Under the pieces are notes generated by a model. It made no database searches. It was not told the DNA's origin and was given only the letters and a program-made list of their open reading frames with translations. Shown in pieces: positions 1-14,303 of a stretch of 64,000 nt of DNA. The stretch's first letter is position 1, and each line of letters opens with the position of its first letter. Origin of the DNA: the human T2T-CHM13v2.0 reference genome, Homo sapiens; assembly GCF_009914755.1 (NCBI RefSeq), contig NC_060947.1; one strand, 5' to 3'. Both the position numbers and the translations under genes were made by a program.

Positions 1-1836
1 TGCGGCTGTATGTTTTTAACTGAAACCATATGAAGAGTTGGGAAATTACTCAATTAATACAAGTATAATGACCAAAACAAGAATATATTTCATTTTTATA
101 TTTTTATTCAGATGGACTTGGCAAATGAATTCAACATGAATATTACTTACATTAATAGAACAAATTATCAGTGGTCTTCTGAAGTCAAGGCAAGTATTCA
201 ACCCCATATGCTTTAACCATCACATTTTCTGAACAATCTTTGTGCCGGCAATTGTGCTAGATGTACAATTGTGCTAGAAGCAGGTCATGGTGGCTTGCTT
301 TAGGTGAACTCACAGTTTAGTGTAGGAGAAAGGCAAATAAATTATACATTATAAAACAATATATTTAATGTTTTGCCTAGAATTTGCCAAATGCTAGGCA
401 AATAATATTGTAGAAATAACTGTCTGGGAAAACCGTGAAAGTATGAAATCGCATAAGATGCTGAGAAATGTAGTGATCTCTCTAAACAGACCAGTGAATG
501 CTGCATTTGATTTATTAAACAGTTCGTCAAAACTTATTTTTCAAAAGGAGTTCCCCAATTAGCATCTTATTTATATCCAAGATGATATAAAATATGATGT
601 ATTATTTATCTCTTCTTAAAATAATTGGACACTTTTTTCATAAAAGACATTATCTGTGATTATTTATCCAATAATTAATTCAGTTTAGAAATTTAATTAA
701 ACATTAGGAATTTTTAGTGTCATTTTGAAAGACCCTATTATGAAATTATGAAAACAGTAAGGTCAGGAAATGTTTTCTGTTATTGACCTTATGTTATTTG
801 TTTATTTAATTTAGAACTCTTTACAAATAACTTACTGGGGTCAAAACTGCTCTGACACTGGTATCAGAAACACTTTTGAGAAAAGTGAATTTACTTTGTA
901 TTTCAAGTTCAAAGGGATTTAGATTTGGTAGATTTTGGAAACTTCTCGCCCTGCATCTGCTAAAAACCAAGCAACTTCCTTTCTGAATTTTTAATCTCAT
1001 AATGCCCCTGTAGTCATTAAAGAACCAATGCATGATAGACATTTATTCACTGTGCCTTTCTACATTGAAAAGCTGAATTAAGGTCTCCAGAGCCAAAATG
1101 GAATTAAAATATTTATGTCTTAAAGACAGCCAAACACGTACTTTCAAAAAAAATTGCGGTCAAGGGGGAAAAAAACAGAAAGTAATTTGTAAAACTGTTC
1201 GTTTTTAAACTTTGGAGTTAGAGAGTGGAAATATGATGCGGACAAGAGTGAAGAAATGTTAACTAAAAAGAATGTGTTATAGCTTGTGAAATTGTCCCCT
1301 CCCACCCCCCCATCCCTGCTTGGAGTAACATTTGCATTCAATTTGAATGAAGACATACTGATAGACCAAAATAGTTTGATTTGTCTTTAGAGAGTCCTTC
1401 TTCATCCTCTCTTTATCTATAATATGTGTTTCCACATTCCTTCTCCAAATTTCTTCATTATTCTACCAGTTTCTTTAAGGAGTCCCAAAACTGTAGGCTA
1501 GACAAATATGAATCTTTCTGTTTGTTAAAATAATGCTTCTTTGAATAATTATTTTTAATCTCTTTCTCTATCTTTCTCTCTTTTTGTAATGCTGCTTCTC
1601 AATGCACATTGTATTTTAAAATCAGTACAGAGTCATAAACTTGACAACAATTGTTGATAATACTTTCCAGTGGTACGTACAATATCTCAACTATTTCTCA
1701 GTTGGAATGATTGGGTACAAATGTGGGGAATAAATCTATAGCATATTTTGAACCAAGATTTAAAATTCATAGCAAATCTAAGCAGTTCTAACAGATTTTT
1801 TTCGGTCATTAATATTTAAGTGTAAAAAGCAATTTA

Positions 1837-2078
1837 GTGTAATAGACAAGCTCACAGATTTGGAGTTATACATACTTGAGGTTAGATCCTGGATATCACA
1901 TTTATTAACTGTTTGAAATTTAGCAAGTTACATAACTTCTCTAAAACTCAATTTACCAAACTAGAAATGAGAAGAATAATAATTACCTTCTCAGATTACT
2001 GTTAGCATTCAGTATAATGTTAGACTTAAAAGACCTCAACATACAGTAATTTTTATTAAATGTTAGTTATTGTTATTA
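1837..2078 (+). mobile_element. MIR SINE, degraded
   Basis: MIR core-like motifs (gcaagttacataacttctctaaaactca..., aaatgagaagaataataattaccttc) ending in aaatgttagttattgttatt. Boundaries are approximate. Confidence 0.65.
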
Positions 2079-3559
2079 GTAGTACTGATAGTAGAAGTAG
2101 TAACAATAGTAGTAGTAATAGTAATGTAATATCTAAAAATGTAAGATTATCATTTACTTATTTTTGTTGTTTCTTAGCTTCTTTTATCTTTAATTGTATA
2201 ATATTCTAATGCCATATTTATTTGTTCCTAAAAAAAATTTAAGTCAAATCAAATTTACACCACAATTACCATGGAAAAAATACCTCTTTGAATAAATTCA
2301 TTCTATCAAAATACACTATCTGGATGAAAGTGTTTTCCTTATATTTTTATTGCCTACCTACATTTCAAAATTACTCTGTTTTTATCCTCTGATTTGGGAT
2401 TTGCCACATTCCTGAGACTTCCATATTTTGTAGCTAAACTTGATTTTTGCCATGCTTTTCTACAGTGTCAACCAGAAAAGTCTTGCCTGTACAATCCAGC
2501 AATCAAAACTCACTTGCAAACACAAAGACAAAAATAGAAATAGTCAGTAGGAAGCAGTTTTTCCCTCAAATTTTTTCTCTCTGTGATTGCACAGCAAAGC
2601 TCAGACTTTTTTTTTGAAATACAGATACTGGGTAGTTGAGATTTGTGATTAAAAAAAATACAGGCCACAACTGCATAAACCCTTTGTTTCTCTTATGAGA
2701 TATTTTTTACTCTTGCACTGGTGTGAGGTCAGTGCTTGACATCATCTCCATGGATGTAGGACAGCACCATTATTATTTCAAAGCACCTTAGCCTGGGAAT
2801 AGATTTGTTTCATGTCTGATTACATAAAATCTCAATAACTGTTTCACTATCTTTCTAATCATAGGAAAATTGGCTTGTCTAGAACAAAATTAAAAGAATA
2901 CCATCCAAGGTAAAGGCAAACAATTCTGTAATTGTCACTTTTGTATCAATCTTACTGATCAATTAGTTAGAGGACTGGGAAGCTGTTAACATCCTTAAAA
3001 ACCATAAAGGAAATCCATAGTCATTTAGCAATTTCACCAGCATTATAACATGAAAAAGTCTTATTTGTTTAAACTAACTATGACTGTCTTTATATAGCAA
3101 CTTTTTCTCACAGAATAAAGTACGTATTGTTACTTTATTCAAATAATGTAAATTCTCTCTAAAAATAGTCCAATTTTGCAAGCATTTTGCAAGCAGCCTC
3201 ATTGCTATATGGGCACAACTGTAAAGTAAACCAAAAGATTTCATTCACTATCAAAACGTTTTGTGAAAGTAATTAGATATCTTAGATAACCACCTGGAAT
3301 TTCTTTCCTTTTGTTCATGTTTGGTGAACTTTAAGCAGGGATCCTGATTATCTTTATCTTGAGAGTGGGTAGTGGAATTCATCTTCCTCTATCAATTGGT
3401 CATTTATTATATATGTGTGTCCACAGTATATGTCTTGAGACTGTCTTGCAAAATTATTAATTTAATTTTTGATTTTTCAAGATAAACAAAGATCGATACA
3501 GGAATACTTTGAACTTAAGGTTTTAGACATTCAGTAAGAGAACAAAAGATAAAATTAAA

Positions 3560-3944
3560 TAATTTGGATTGAATTCTAATACCTGGTCTTCTACTTAATG
3601 GGAATGAGACCACGGCCGTAGAATTAAAAGTCTTATATGCCTTCATTGTTTCTTTTTTTGCTTTAATTTTTAGTAGAGACAGGGTCTCACTATGTTGTCC
3701 AGGCTGGTCTCAAACTCCTAGGCTTAAGTGATCCTCCGCTTTGGTCCCCCAGATTGCTGGGATTACAGGTGTGAGCCACTGCATCCAGCCTGCCTTCATT
3801 ATCTTCTATGTGAAATGCAGATAAGCACACCTAACTCAGATAGGATTATCAGGAGAGTGAAATGAGATTTTATATATATAAAGTGCTTACACGTGGCCTG
3901 GCATTTCATGAGTACTTGATAGACAGAGCTGCTATTATTATCAT
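3560..3944 (+). mobile_element. MIR SINE interrupted by an Alu monomer
   Basis: tgtgaaatgcagataagcacacctaactca...aagtgcttacacgtggcctggcat resembles the MIR 3' half. The 5' part lies before the Alu. Boundaries are approximate. Confidence 0.55.
3648..3790 (-). mobile_element. Alu left monomer (FLAM_C/AluJ-like)
   Basis: tagtagagacagggtctcactatgttgtccaggctggtctcaaactcc...gtgagccactgcatccagcc, with a 10-bp TSD tgccttcatt at 3638-3647 and 3791-3800. Confidence 0.9.
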
Positions 3945-4526
3945 CAATGATAAATTAAAATTTATAAATGTAAAATAATACTGATAAGTAGATCAAGATC
4001 TTTTCAGTTTGTTTGCTAGTGGACACAGAATTTTCTTTAACATATCACCATTCATTTATAACACTGCTAATCTTACACAGTTTCCTTTATCATTTTGCTG
4101 AGCATCATGGTATAATTCTAATCAATGTTCATGTATGTTCAGTAAGTTAATTAAAGCTTCCATGCCCAACCAAAATGCTACCACAGTTAATGGGTTTGGG
4201 GTTGATTACCAGAATCCTATATGATATGATATTCTTCTACACATTGAAACAAAGACAATAACATCTCATTCTACCTTGTCTCGTACTGCTCAGATTTGTG
4301 TACAGTACACAAATGGAGCATGTGTCTGTGGCAATCGGCTAGTGAGAAAAATAAAATATATTAGCAATCATTATAGTAGACAAAAGTTCTAGCTCACATG
4401 CCTCTGAGTTTTTCATCTGTTAATAGAATCCTGCTGAAATGTGTATTACCTGTCTCTGCTCCTGTTCTGGAATTTTAGTATAGAAAGGAAGTAGGCAGAT
4501 CTAACAAATGGACAATGATCTCATGA

Positions 4527-4585
4527 TCTCTCTCTCTCTCTTTCTTTCTCTCTCTCTCTCTCTGTCACACACACACACAAACACA
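4527..4585. repeat. Compound (TC)n(AC)n microsatellite
   Basis: Read directly from the sequence. Confidence 0.95.
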
Positions 4586-4789
4586 TACTTTTTTTCAACT
4601 AAATCAATAATATGAAGGATATATGATCCATAAATCACTAGGATTACTGTTACCACTAGCAAATAAATAGTGTCTAAATACAGTTCTAAAAAGTTATTAT
4701 GATTCATTGCACATAATGAATTATAACAATATTTGAAGATACTGGAATGAAAGGACAAATTTTCCTTACAATCTTGTATACTCACGTTA

Positions 4790-6020
<1,231 letters not shown>

Positions 6021-7688
6021 TTAATTTCTCAACCATTATGTTTTCTTGTTTTGATTTTTGACTATATTACATGCAGCTTTCACATAAGTGCACGTAGAGC
6101 ATACAAAATATTTTCTATTTTTAAAGCTTTTCCAGCAGAAACGTATATACTTTGCTGGTATACAGCCTTTTAAATTATAATTAATGTCTGTCTAACTTTC
6201 TGCTGATATTCTCTAATGGCTAATTTACTCCGTAGCCTATTTTAGGAATTTGATCTTACATACTTAACACATGCACACATACACATGTTTACAAGAAACA
6301 AAGAGTACTAAATATTCAGTATTACCTTGAATATAACTAACTTGTTCTTAGATAATTACTATAACATTTCCCAGAATTATATGCAATATTCTCCAAATGG
6401 ACAGGTGACTGAATCAAATATGCATGAGAAAAAGCACAAATAACAACCAAAACAAAATTAACTGATATTGACTCAGTATTTACAATGTACTTTCCATTCC
6501 TTATTTTATACAATTCAAAATAATCAGAGAAAAAAGTTATTTTTATCATCAGTTTACAGATGATGAAATTGAAGCTGAAGGGTTGAGTGTATGCAAGGAA
6601 AATAGGAAGAAGTGGGCTTAATCGTAGGGACTCGGGTATAGTCTATGGCTTTATGAAGTCTTTATATCTTATTTACTGTAATTTGATCATGTTTCTACTC
6701 ATCTCAGTACAAACATATATGACATATTTTATAAACAGATAACTCTACAAATATTTCTTGACAAAGATGAGTAGTTACAAGAAGTGTTTCCAAGGTAACA
6801 ATACTAGTTCAATTGCTATCATAATACTATTATTAATAACGCTCTTATCAACACTCATAAAGTCTATTGCCAGGGGAATATTGTCATTCTAAGGACAAAA
6901 GTATGACAGAGACTGAGGAAAATAGCTTGAAAGCAAAGAATGACAGCAACACTGAAATGATGAAGGGGATACTTAATACTGTTTGATTTTAATAAATGCT
7001 TTAGCTCTTTTTAAGTGGTATTATGTCCTTTAGATCTGTCAAACAGGTCGTGTTTCCTCTCTCAGGATTCAGATTGTCTAGTCATTGGAACCACAGGGAA
7101 AGACCAATAACTTGAAATCGGTAATACATTTACAGCTACTTCCTTTAGTTGCTGAGTAATGACACTATCCTTTCTAGGTTATCTGCTTGCTTAAGCAAGA
7201 AACTAACCAATTAACAAGCAAGTGCATTGTAATAAACAAATACTTTATAGAGATTTAATGGGAGAAAGCCTATTTCTTTCTGTTTAATGCCATCACTATG
7301 CTTATGTAAACAGAAAATATTAAAGCTGTTGTTTTAAAATGGAAATAAGCTCTTTCTTATATAGAATCAATTAAAAGTATGATATATTATAAAAACTAAT
7401 CTGAAACACTGTCAGACTGTGATCTTTTTCTCTGCTGTTACACTACTTAGACAGGCTGATATTGATTGAAACTGTTGCAAGACAAGGAAGAGAGGTAACT
7501 ATAGGAGTTGTCATTTACCTACCACTCTAAGATGAATAAAGAATCAGTAAACCCTCAGATCCATCTTGAATGCTGGCTTTCAGACCTGCCTCTTCACTGG
7601 TGACTTGGTGAGCCCGTGTATAGGAGAGTGTTCTGCATTTATCTTGCAATCTACCCCATTTTCCTTGACTTTCAGATACTGGCTTTCT

Positions 7689-7805
7689 TTTTTTTTAATT
7701 TAATTTAATTTTTTTATTATTATACTTTAAGTTTTAGGGTACATGTGCACAATGTGCAGGTTAGTTACATATGTATACATGTGCCATGCTGGTGTGCTGC
7801 ACCCA
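7689..7805 (-). mobile_element. Extremely 5'-truncated young L1 (L1PA2/PA3-like 3' tip)
   Basis: Reverse complement reads tgggtgcagcacaccagcatggcacatgtatacatatgtaactaacctgcacattgtgcacatgtaccctaaaacttaaagtataata plus an A-rich tail. Perfect 16-bp TSD cagatactggctttct at 7673-7688 and 7806-7821. Confidence 0.95.
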
Positions 7806-8806
7806 CAGATACTGGCTTTCTACTATGATTACAACTATGTGCCTCTAGACAAGGGAAGTTATTAATCACTCCCCAAGACCACCTCCCTCTGATACATTTG
7901 CAATCATCAGACTCACCAGCTTTTTAACAGTGTCGAATCCATTTCAGTTAAATATCTGGATTTCTCTCTGTTTCAACAATGGGAATGAAATGGGATAACT
8001 TTACACAGTTTCAATTTTTTTTCCAGGCTTTAATAACATACTTATTACCAATCCAGGAAAATTAATTCTGTTAAAAATATAATTCAATAAATCAGTGTTC
8101 CAGAGAGCAGTTTTAGGTCATGATCTAAGCCTATATAATATATTCTGTATTTCTTTATTAAAATCATCTTAAGAGCAATGATTATGTGGTTCTGCTTTAA
8201 GCTGGTGAGTTAAGGTGAGATTGGCATAGGGAGAGACTCTCTTGGCTTATAAATGGTGGAGGCATTACAAAAATCCTCTCATATCCTTTTTTATGATGAG
8301 TAGGAGTGTGCTATTTCTAGTACAGTTAGGATTTTGACAAGTTATGCTCAAGTAATTGATGTTTGCCCTACCCTGTTGGCTAGACTGCTCAGGTCATGCT
8401 TGAGGCCACCCCAGGAATCATGGTCTTCTGTGTAAACCTGACAACCTGTTGCTGGAAGGCAATAAGTTAATTTGATGGTGTCCAAAGTACTTATAAATCA
8501 ATTTGGCAATCTCTTTCTTCCACGTCAATAGAGGGAACAATCTGACTTAATAGATCAGATACATTTACCTTCACTTATAGCTTTAGAGTGTCACAGCAAT
8601 CTGTAGAGTTATTGAGATAACTTGGTGACATCCTTCTAGTTTTCTTCAAATGCCTTCGGGTAACAAGAAGATAGACAATCCTAAATAATGTTTATATAAA
8701 ATTTATTGCAGAGTTAAGCTCCTAATATAGAAAAGATAGCAATGTAGTACATGATAACACTATTTATCACCATCACTTTGAGTGCCATCATTAAGATACT
8801 GCAATT

Positions 8807-9259
8807 CTTCTCTTAAAAAACTTTTATTTTCAGGGGTACATGTGCAGTTTTGTTATACAGGTAAATTATGTGTCATGAGGGTTTGATGTACAGATTATTT
8901 TGTCACTCAGGTAATAAGCATGGTACCCGATAAGCAGTTTTTTTATTTTCATCCTTCTCCCACCAGCCACCCTTAAATGGGCCTCATTGTCTCTTGTCTC
9001 TTCTTTGTGTCTATATGTACTCAATGTTTAGCTTTCACTTGTAAATGAGAACATGAGATATTTGGTTTTCTGTTCCTGTGTTAATTCGTTTAGGATAATG
9101 GTCTCTAGCTTCATCCTTGTTGCTGCAAAGGACACGATCTCTTTCTTTTTATGGTTGCATGGTAGTCCATGCATTTTCTTATCCAGTCTGCCATTGATAG
9201 GCACCTAAGTTGACTCTGTGTTTTTGCTATTGTGAATAGTGCTGCAATGAACATACAAC
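8807..9259 (-). mobile_element. 5'-truncated older L1 3' UTR (L1PA13-16-like)
   Basis: caggggtacatgtgcag...tgagaacatgagatatttggttttctgttcctg...gaatagtgctgcaatgaacatac, with an 11-bp TSD atactgcaatt at 8796-8806 and 9260-9270. Confidence 0.88.
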
Positions 9260-10144
9260 ATACTGCAATTACTTGGAACAAAAAGATAACTCGTTGAGAA
9301 GGATAGAAACTGAACAATCGACATATTTGGAGATGGTCTTGTACACTCCTAAACTTGGCAACATTCTATGCCCAAGAATTCTAGAAGCAATGACTCTTAC
9401 CCTTATTCACCTTATATTCTCTGATCTGCAATCATATAAATGAAAACAGGAAGGAAATGATAGAAACAGCCAAAAACTCTTGCTTTTTTCCAGACATTAT
9501 ATATACATTTTAAAAAGAAGTATTATAACTTTAAGTGACAATCAAACATAATATTAAGATAGTCCCTCTACGTGAAATCATTCTAATATCAAGGGAAACA
9601 GCAATTTAACAAGTAAATTTTAGGAAATGCAGCGTTCTAATTTAGGTACCAAAACTTATTTTAAATGACATTTTCAGCCAAATGAGAGAAAAAGAAACTC
9701 ACCATTTTTTTCTCATATTATTCTAATTTCATCCCTGTGCAGTATAGAAGCCAGATTGTCACTGTGCCCTGGGAAGCTTTGCAAATATGGCAAATGCCAC
9801 AGTCAGCATGACCCTGACTTATACTTTAATAACTCCTTGATTTAGCAGACAAAGCTTTTCTCTGCCTCCAATACACCCCTTAATCTAGCACTTGTCCCCA
9901 TGCTGTCCCATGGTTGCTCAAAGCCATCTTATGTTAGTTTCATCCATTGTTCCATAATTTTCCTCAGCTCTACTTTCCTATAACAACTAACCTGCTCCTG
10001 TTATTTCTCTCTGTAGTCAAGTGTTTCTCAGAGAAATTAATGCCACAGTGCTAATAATTGATGTTACCTGCCATTAACACTATAACCTCTATAGCATGTT
10101 ATCCCTTTCAGATATCAATTTGTTAAAATAATGAAAGAAACGAG

Positions 10145-10680
10145 TCCTCTGGTTATTTCTATGTAATGAATCACTCTAAAACTTAGTGGTTTAAAATAAC
10201 AACAATCATTGTATTATGTCTCACAGTATCTGTGGGTCAAGAATTCAGAAGTAGCTTAGCAGGAAGTTCTGGCTTGTGGTTGCAGTCAAAACAGCAGGTG
10301 GCTGAAATGGTTGGAAACTGGCAAGGAAGCATTCTGTTCATGTAGATTTCTGGCCTCTCCATGTGGAGTAGTTTGGGCTTCCTTGCAGCATGGTAGACTC
10401 GGGGTAATCAGATTGCTTACAGGGAGGCTGAAAGATCCAAGGATGAACATCCTAGAGAAGCAGGTGAAAGTGTGCAGCATTTTTATGACCTGGCATTGAA
10501 ATTCAGAGGGTATCATTCTGCTATACTCTGTTAGTTTGGGCAGTCACGAAAGTCCACTGAGATTCAAGGGGAACATGGATATTCAAGGGGAACACAGATT
10601 CTATCTACCTTTTGATGGTGGAATGGCAAGGTTCTAGGAGATATGTTTCTAGTCATCTTTGGAAAATGCAATCTGCTAAA
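10145..10680 (-). mobile_element. MLT1 (ERVL-MaLR) solo LTR, old subfamily
   Basis: aaaacttagtggtttaaaataacaac, tctcacagtatctgtgggtcaagaattcag, and the end catctttggaaaatgcaatctgc. Confidence 0.75.
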
Positions 10681-10755
10681 ATGAGTAATGTGGGCATTTT
10701 GTGCCCTTTATTATGTTACTCTCTAGCATATTATTTTCAATTATTTTTAATAAAC

Positions 10756-10756
<1 letters not shown>

Positions 10757-10821
<65 letters not shown>
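10757..10821. repeat. Compound (TA)n(GA)n microsatellite
   Basis: Read directly from the sequence. Confidence 0.95.
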
Positions 10822-10822
<1 letters not shown>

Positions 10823-11399
10823 AAGAGACAGTGGAAAATAAAATGATAGAACAGTTGATGAAATGCCACTTAGGAATTTTTATTTTCTGTTCCTATTTCT
10901 CTCCCTAGGAAGACTACCTAAATGAATATAAACTTTTAGGTACTTTTGCCATATTTAATGAAGATATTGTTACCCATATAAATATTTGAAGAGTTAGAAT
11001 CTCTTTAAAAAAGAAAAATTCACAGAAATTATTAGAAATGCCAAAACTTCATCTCATAATTTGCAGATGTAATACAATAAAGAATTATAAAACATTCCAA
11101 TATGAAGTCTCTCATCAGTCTTCTCAGGTATCTGTGTTAATAATCTGAAAAACTAGAGCATGTATATCCGATATATTGTCAGCTAATAATTGCATGCTTT
11201 CAAAGGCCATATCTTAAGGAACTCACTATAGCGTAAAAATAAAGAGATTAATATTAGACCTAAAAGTCTAACATAGTAGGGTCAAACAATGGACTTGAAA
11301 GCCCTGGAACGTTTTGAATATTTGAATTACATAAATCGTTTTAAAAACAACTGTAATAAAAAACCTTGTGTTAATCAGTTTTAAGATTTTGCAGTGCTT

Positions 11400-11494
11400 C
11401 ATAGCCAAGTCTTGAGATACAAGATTGAATGTGTATTTCTTAAAAATACAACTTTGTGTTGTACTTTGAAATAAATGATGCTTTAAAAAAAAAA
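11400..11494 (+). pseudogene. Micro processed-pseudogene fragment: 3' terminus of an unidentified polyadenylated transcript
   Basis: AATAAA at 11470-11475, A12 at 11485-11496, and a 17-bp TSD with one mismatch (aagattttgcagtgctt 11383-11399; aagcttttgcagtgctt 11495-11511) at a TT|AAGA L1-endonuclease-type site. Confidence 0.75.
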
Positions 11495-12179
11495 AAGCTT
11501 TTGCAGTGCTTGATTACTGCCAAAATCTCTTATTTTTCATGTGCACTTGGGCAGTCTAGTTGATTGCATACTGAGCTGTCCTCTAAAGCTTTAAGGGAAT
11601 TTATTTTAAAAAGACTCATAAAAAAGGTTTATTCAGACTACCTGCAAGACCCCCATGTGCTTTTTGCTACTTGAGATAATAACATCTATTATGTGAGAAA
11701 TGATAATTGTCACTCTGAAAAGAAACAATTGATTTCACTGTTTTACTTTGGGTCCTGGCAGCTTTTTATCCTGACTTTTTCAGAATTCAATTATTGAAGA
11801 GATCTCTAACTGTCCATACCATATGCACCTGGGATTAGTACAGTTGCTATTTCTATTCAACATGGATATATCAGCAAAAGCTATTTTGCTTTTTCTTGGG
11901 GAAGATTTTCCCCAACAGAAAGATGTTTTCTTTTGAGCAACTAAGGTATTGACAATTAAGATGCAAAAAAAGATTATGCCTGTAAATATTTCTTTCTCAG
12001 AAATACAACATATGATTTCTGAGACATAACTTATATGATCTGATCATGGAATGTGTTATTAAAAAATGCCCTGTTTAAAAATTTTTCAGAAAGCCACTTA
12101 AAGTAATAATTACTTTTAAAGAAGTACAAGTAATGAAATCATTTGAAATTTCTATTTCTTGTGAAGATTAAGTGTCAGG

Positions 12180-13550
12180 GAGTGAATTTACCCTTCACCT
12201 GAAACAACAAAGAAACCAAACAAAATGTATGAAACAATGGTTCTCAACATATCATACATAAATGTACATGAATAATGATACTTAAGAAATAGAACATAAA
12301 TGAAACAATAGTTACTATTGCCTTAGCTTATTGCTTGCATATAATTTCTATCCTTTAGCACAGGGAGAGGGAACCCAAATAGGGCATGATTGGGCCCTCG
12401 TAGTAAATTCATCTCCTGGAATTGTGAGCCCAGGGAGGTCAAGGTGGCTAGGGTCCCTGGTCAGTGATTATAGGGAAATTTATGGCATAAAATTACAATA
12501 TTAGACAAGAAGATCTCAAGTTAACTATCTAAGGTTCCACAGTGAGAAACCAGGAGAAGAGCAAAAGAAAACCAAATTAAGCAGAAGAAAAAAAGTAATA
12601 CAAGTTAGAGCGTGAATCAATGAAATCAAAAGCCAAAAAACAATGGAGAAAATTAGTGAAACCAAAAGCTAGTATTTTGAGAAAATTAATAACATTGGTA
12701 AAACTCTAGGCAAACTGATAAGATTTAAAAAGAGAGAAGAAAATTAATAGTATTTGGATTAAGAGATGATATCACTACAGATATTAAAAGTATAAAAAGG
12801 GAGTATTAATATTTATACTGTATACGTTTGACAACTTTGATGAAATATGCAAATTACTTGGAAGAAAAAACACTACCAAAGTCCAATCAGGAAGAAATAG
12901 CTTGAGTAGCCCTATATCACTTAAAGAAATTGAATTTATTACTAAAATAAATCCTCTCAAAAAGAATACTCCAAGCTTAGGTGGCTTCACTAGGAAATTC
13001 TACCAAATATTTAAGGACTAAATAACACCAATTCTATACAAACTCCAAAAACAATTATCAAGAGAGAAAACTATACCCCAACTCATTCCTTGAAACTGGA
13101 ATTACTCTGATACCAAAACCAGAAACAAATATTTGAAGAGAAGAAAGCTTGCACACCAATATCCTTTATGAATATGGATGTAAAAATTCTTAATGAATAT
13201 TTGGTGAGTCAAATCCAACAGTATACGAAAAGGATACTATTTCATGAACAAGTGGGGTTTATTGTAGGAATGAAAGATTTGTTTAACATTCAAAAATCTA
13301 TCAGTGCAATTCATGATATTAACAGACTAAAAAAGAAAAATCATATAAGTATCTCAATAGATGCGGAAGAATAATATGACAAAATCTAACATTTACTTGT
13401 TATAGAAACTGTCAGCAGACTAGGACTAGAAGAGAAGCGTTGCAACATAATAAAGCATATCTGAAAAACCTATGGCCAGCATAATACTACATGATAAGAC
13501 TGAATGCTTTTACTTAAGGATCAGGAACAAGGCAAGAATGTCCCTTCTCA
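12180..13550 (+). mobile_element. Old L1M fragments including degenerate ORF2 (reverse transcriptase region)
   Basis: ORF 13168-13374 (MNMDVKILNEYLVSQIQQYTKRILFHEQVGFIVGMKDLFNIQKSI...ISIDAEE) is an L1 ORF2 RT segment. A-rich L1-like sequence runs from about 12490. The 12180-12480 part resembles an L1M 5' region and is less certain. Confidence 0.85.
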
Positions 13551-14303
13551 CAACCACTATGGAGATCAGTTAGAGGGTTTGTCAAAAAACTAAAAATAGA
13601 ACTACCATATGATTTAGCAATCTCTCTGCTAGATCCACATTCAAAAGAAAGAAATGAGTACATCAAAAAGATGTCTGTACTCCCATGTTTATTGTGGGAC
13701 TATTCAGAATAGCTGAGATTTGGAAGCAACTTAAGTGTCTATCAACAGACAAAGGGATGAAGAAAATGTGGCACATATATACAATGGAGTACTATTTAGC
13801 CAGAAAAAGGAATGAGATCCAGTCTTTGCATCAACATGGATAGACGTGGAGGTTATTATGTTAAGTGAAATAAGCCAGGCACAGAAAGACAAACTTCACA
13901 TGTTCTCACTTATTTGTGAGAGCTAAAAATTTAAAACAATTGAACTCATGGAGATAAAGAGTAGAATTATGTCTACCAGAAGCTGGGAAGGGTAGTGGCT
14001 GGGGGGAAGTAAGGATGGTTAATGGGTACACAAATATAGATAAATAAAATGAATATCATCTAGCATGTGTTAGCACAACAGTATGGCTACACTCAACAAT
14101 AATTTATTGCACATTTACAAATAACTAAAAGAGTATAATTGGATTGTTTGTAACACAAAGAAAGGATAAATGCTTGAGGTGATGGATACCTCATTTACTC
14201 TGATGTGATTATTATGCATTATATGCCTGTATCAAAATATCTCATGTAACCCATAAGTATATACACCTACTATATACCCGCAAATTAAAAATTTAAAAAA
14301 AAA
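13551..14303 (+). mobile_element. L1MA-type 3' end inserted within the older L1M
   Basis: aaaaactaaaaatagaactaccatatgat...gttaagtgaaataagccaggcacagaaagacaaa...atacacctactatataccc followed by an A-rich tail. Confidence 0.85.
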
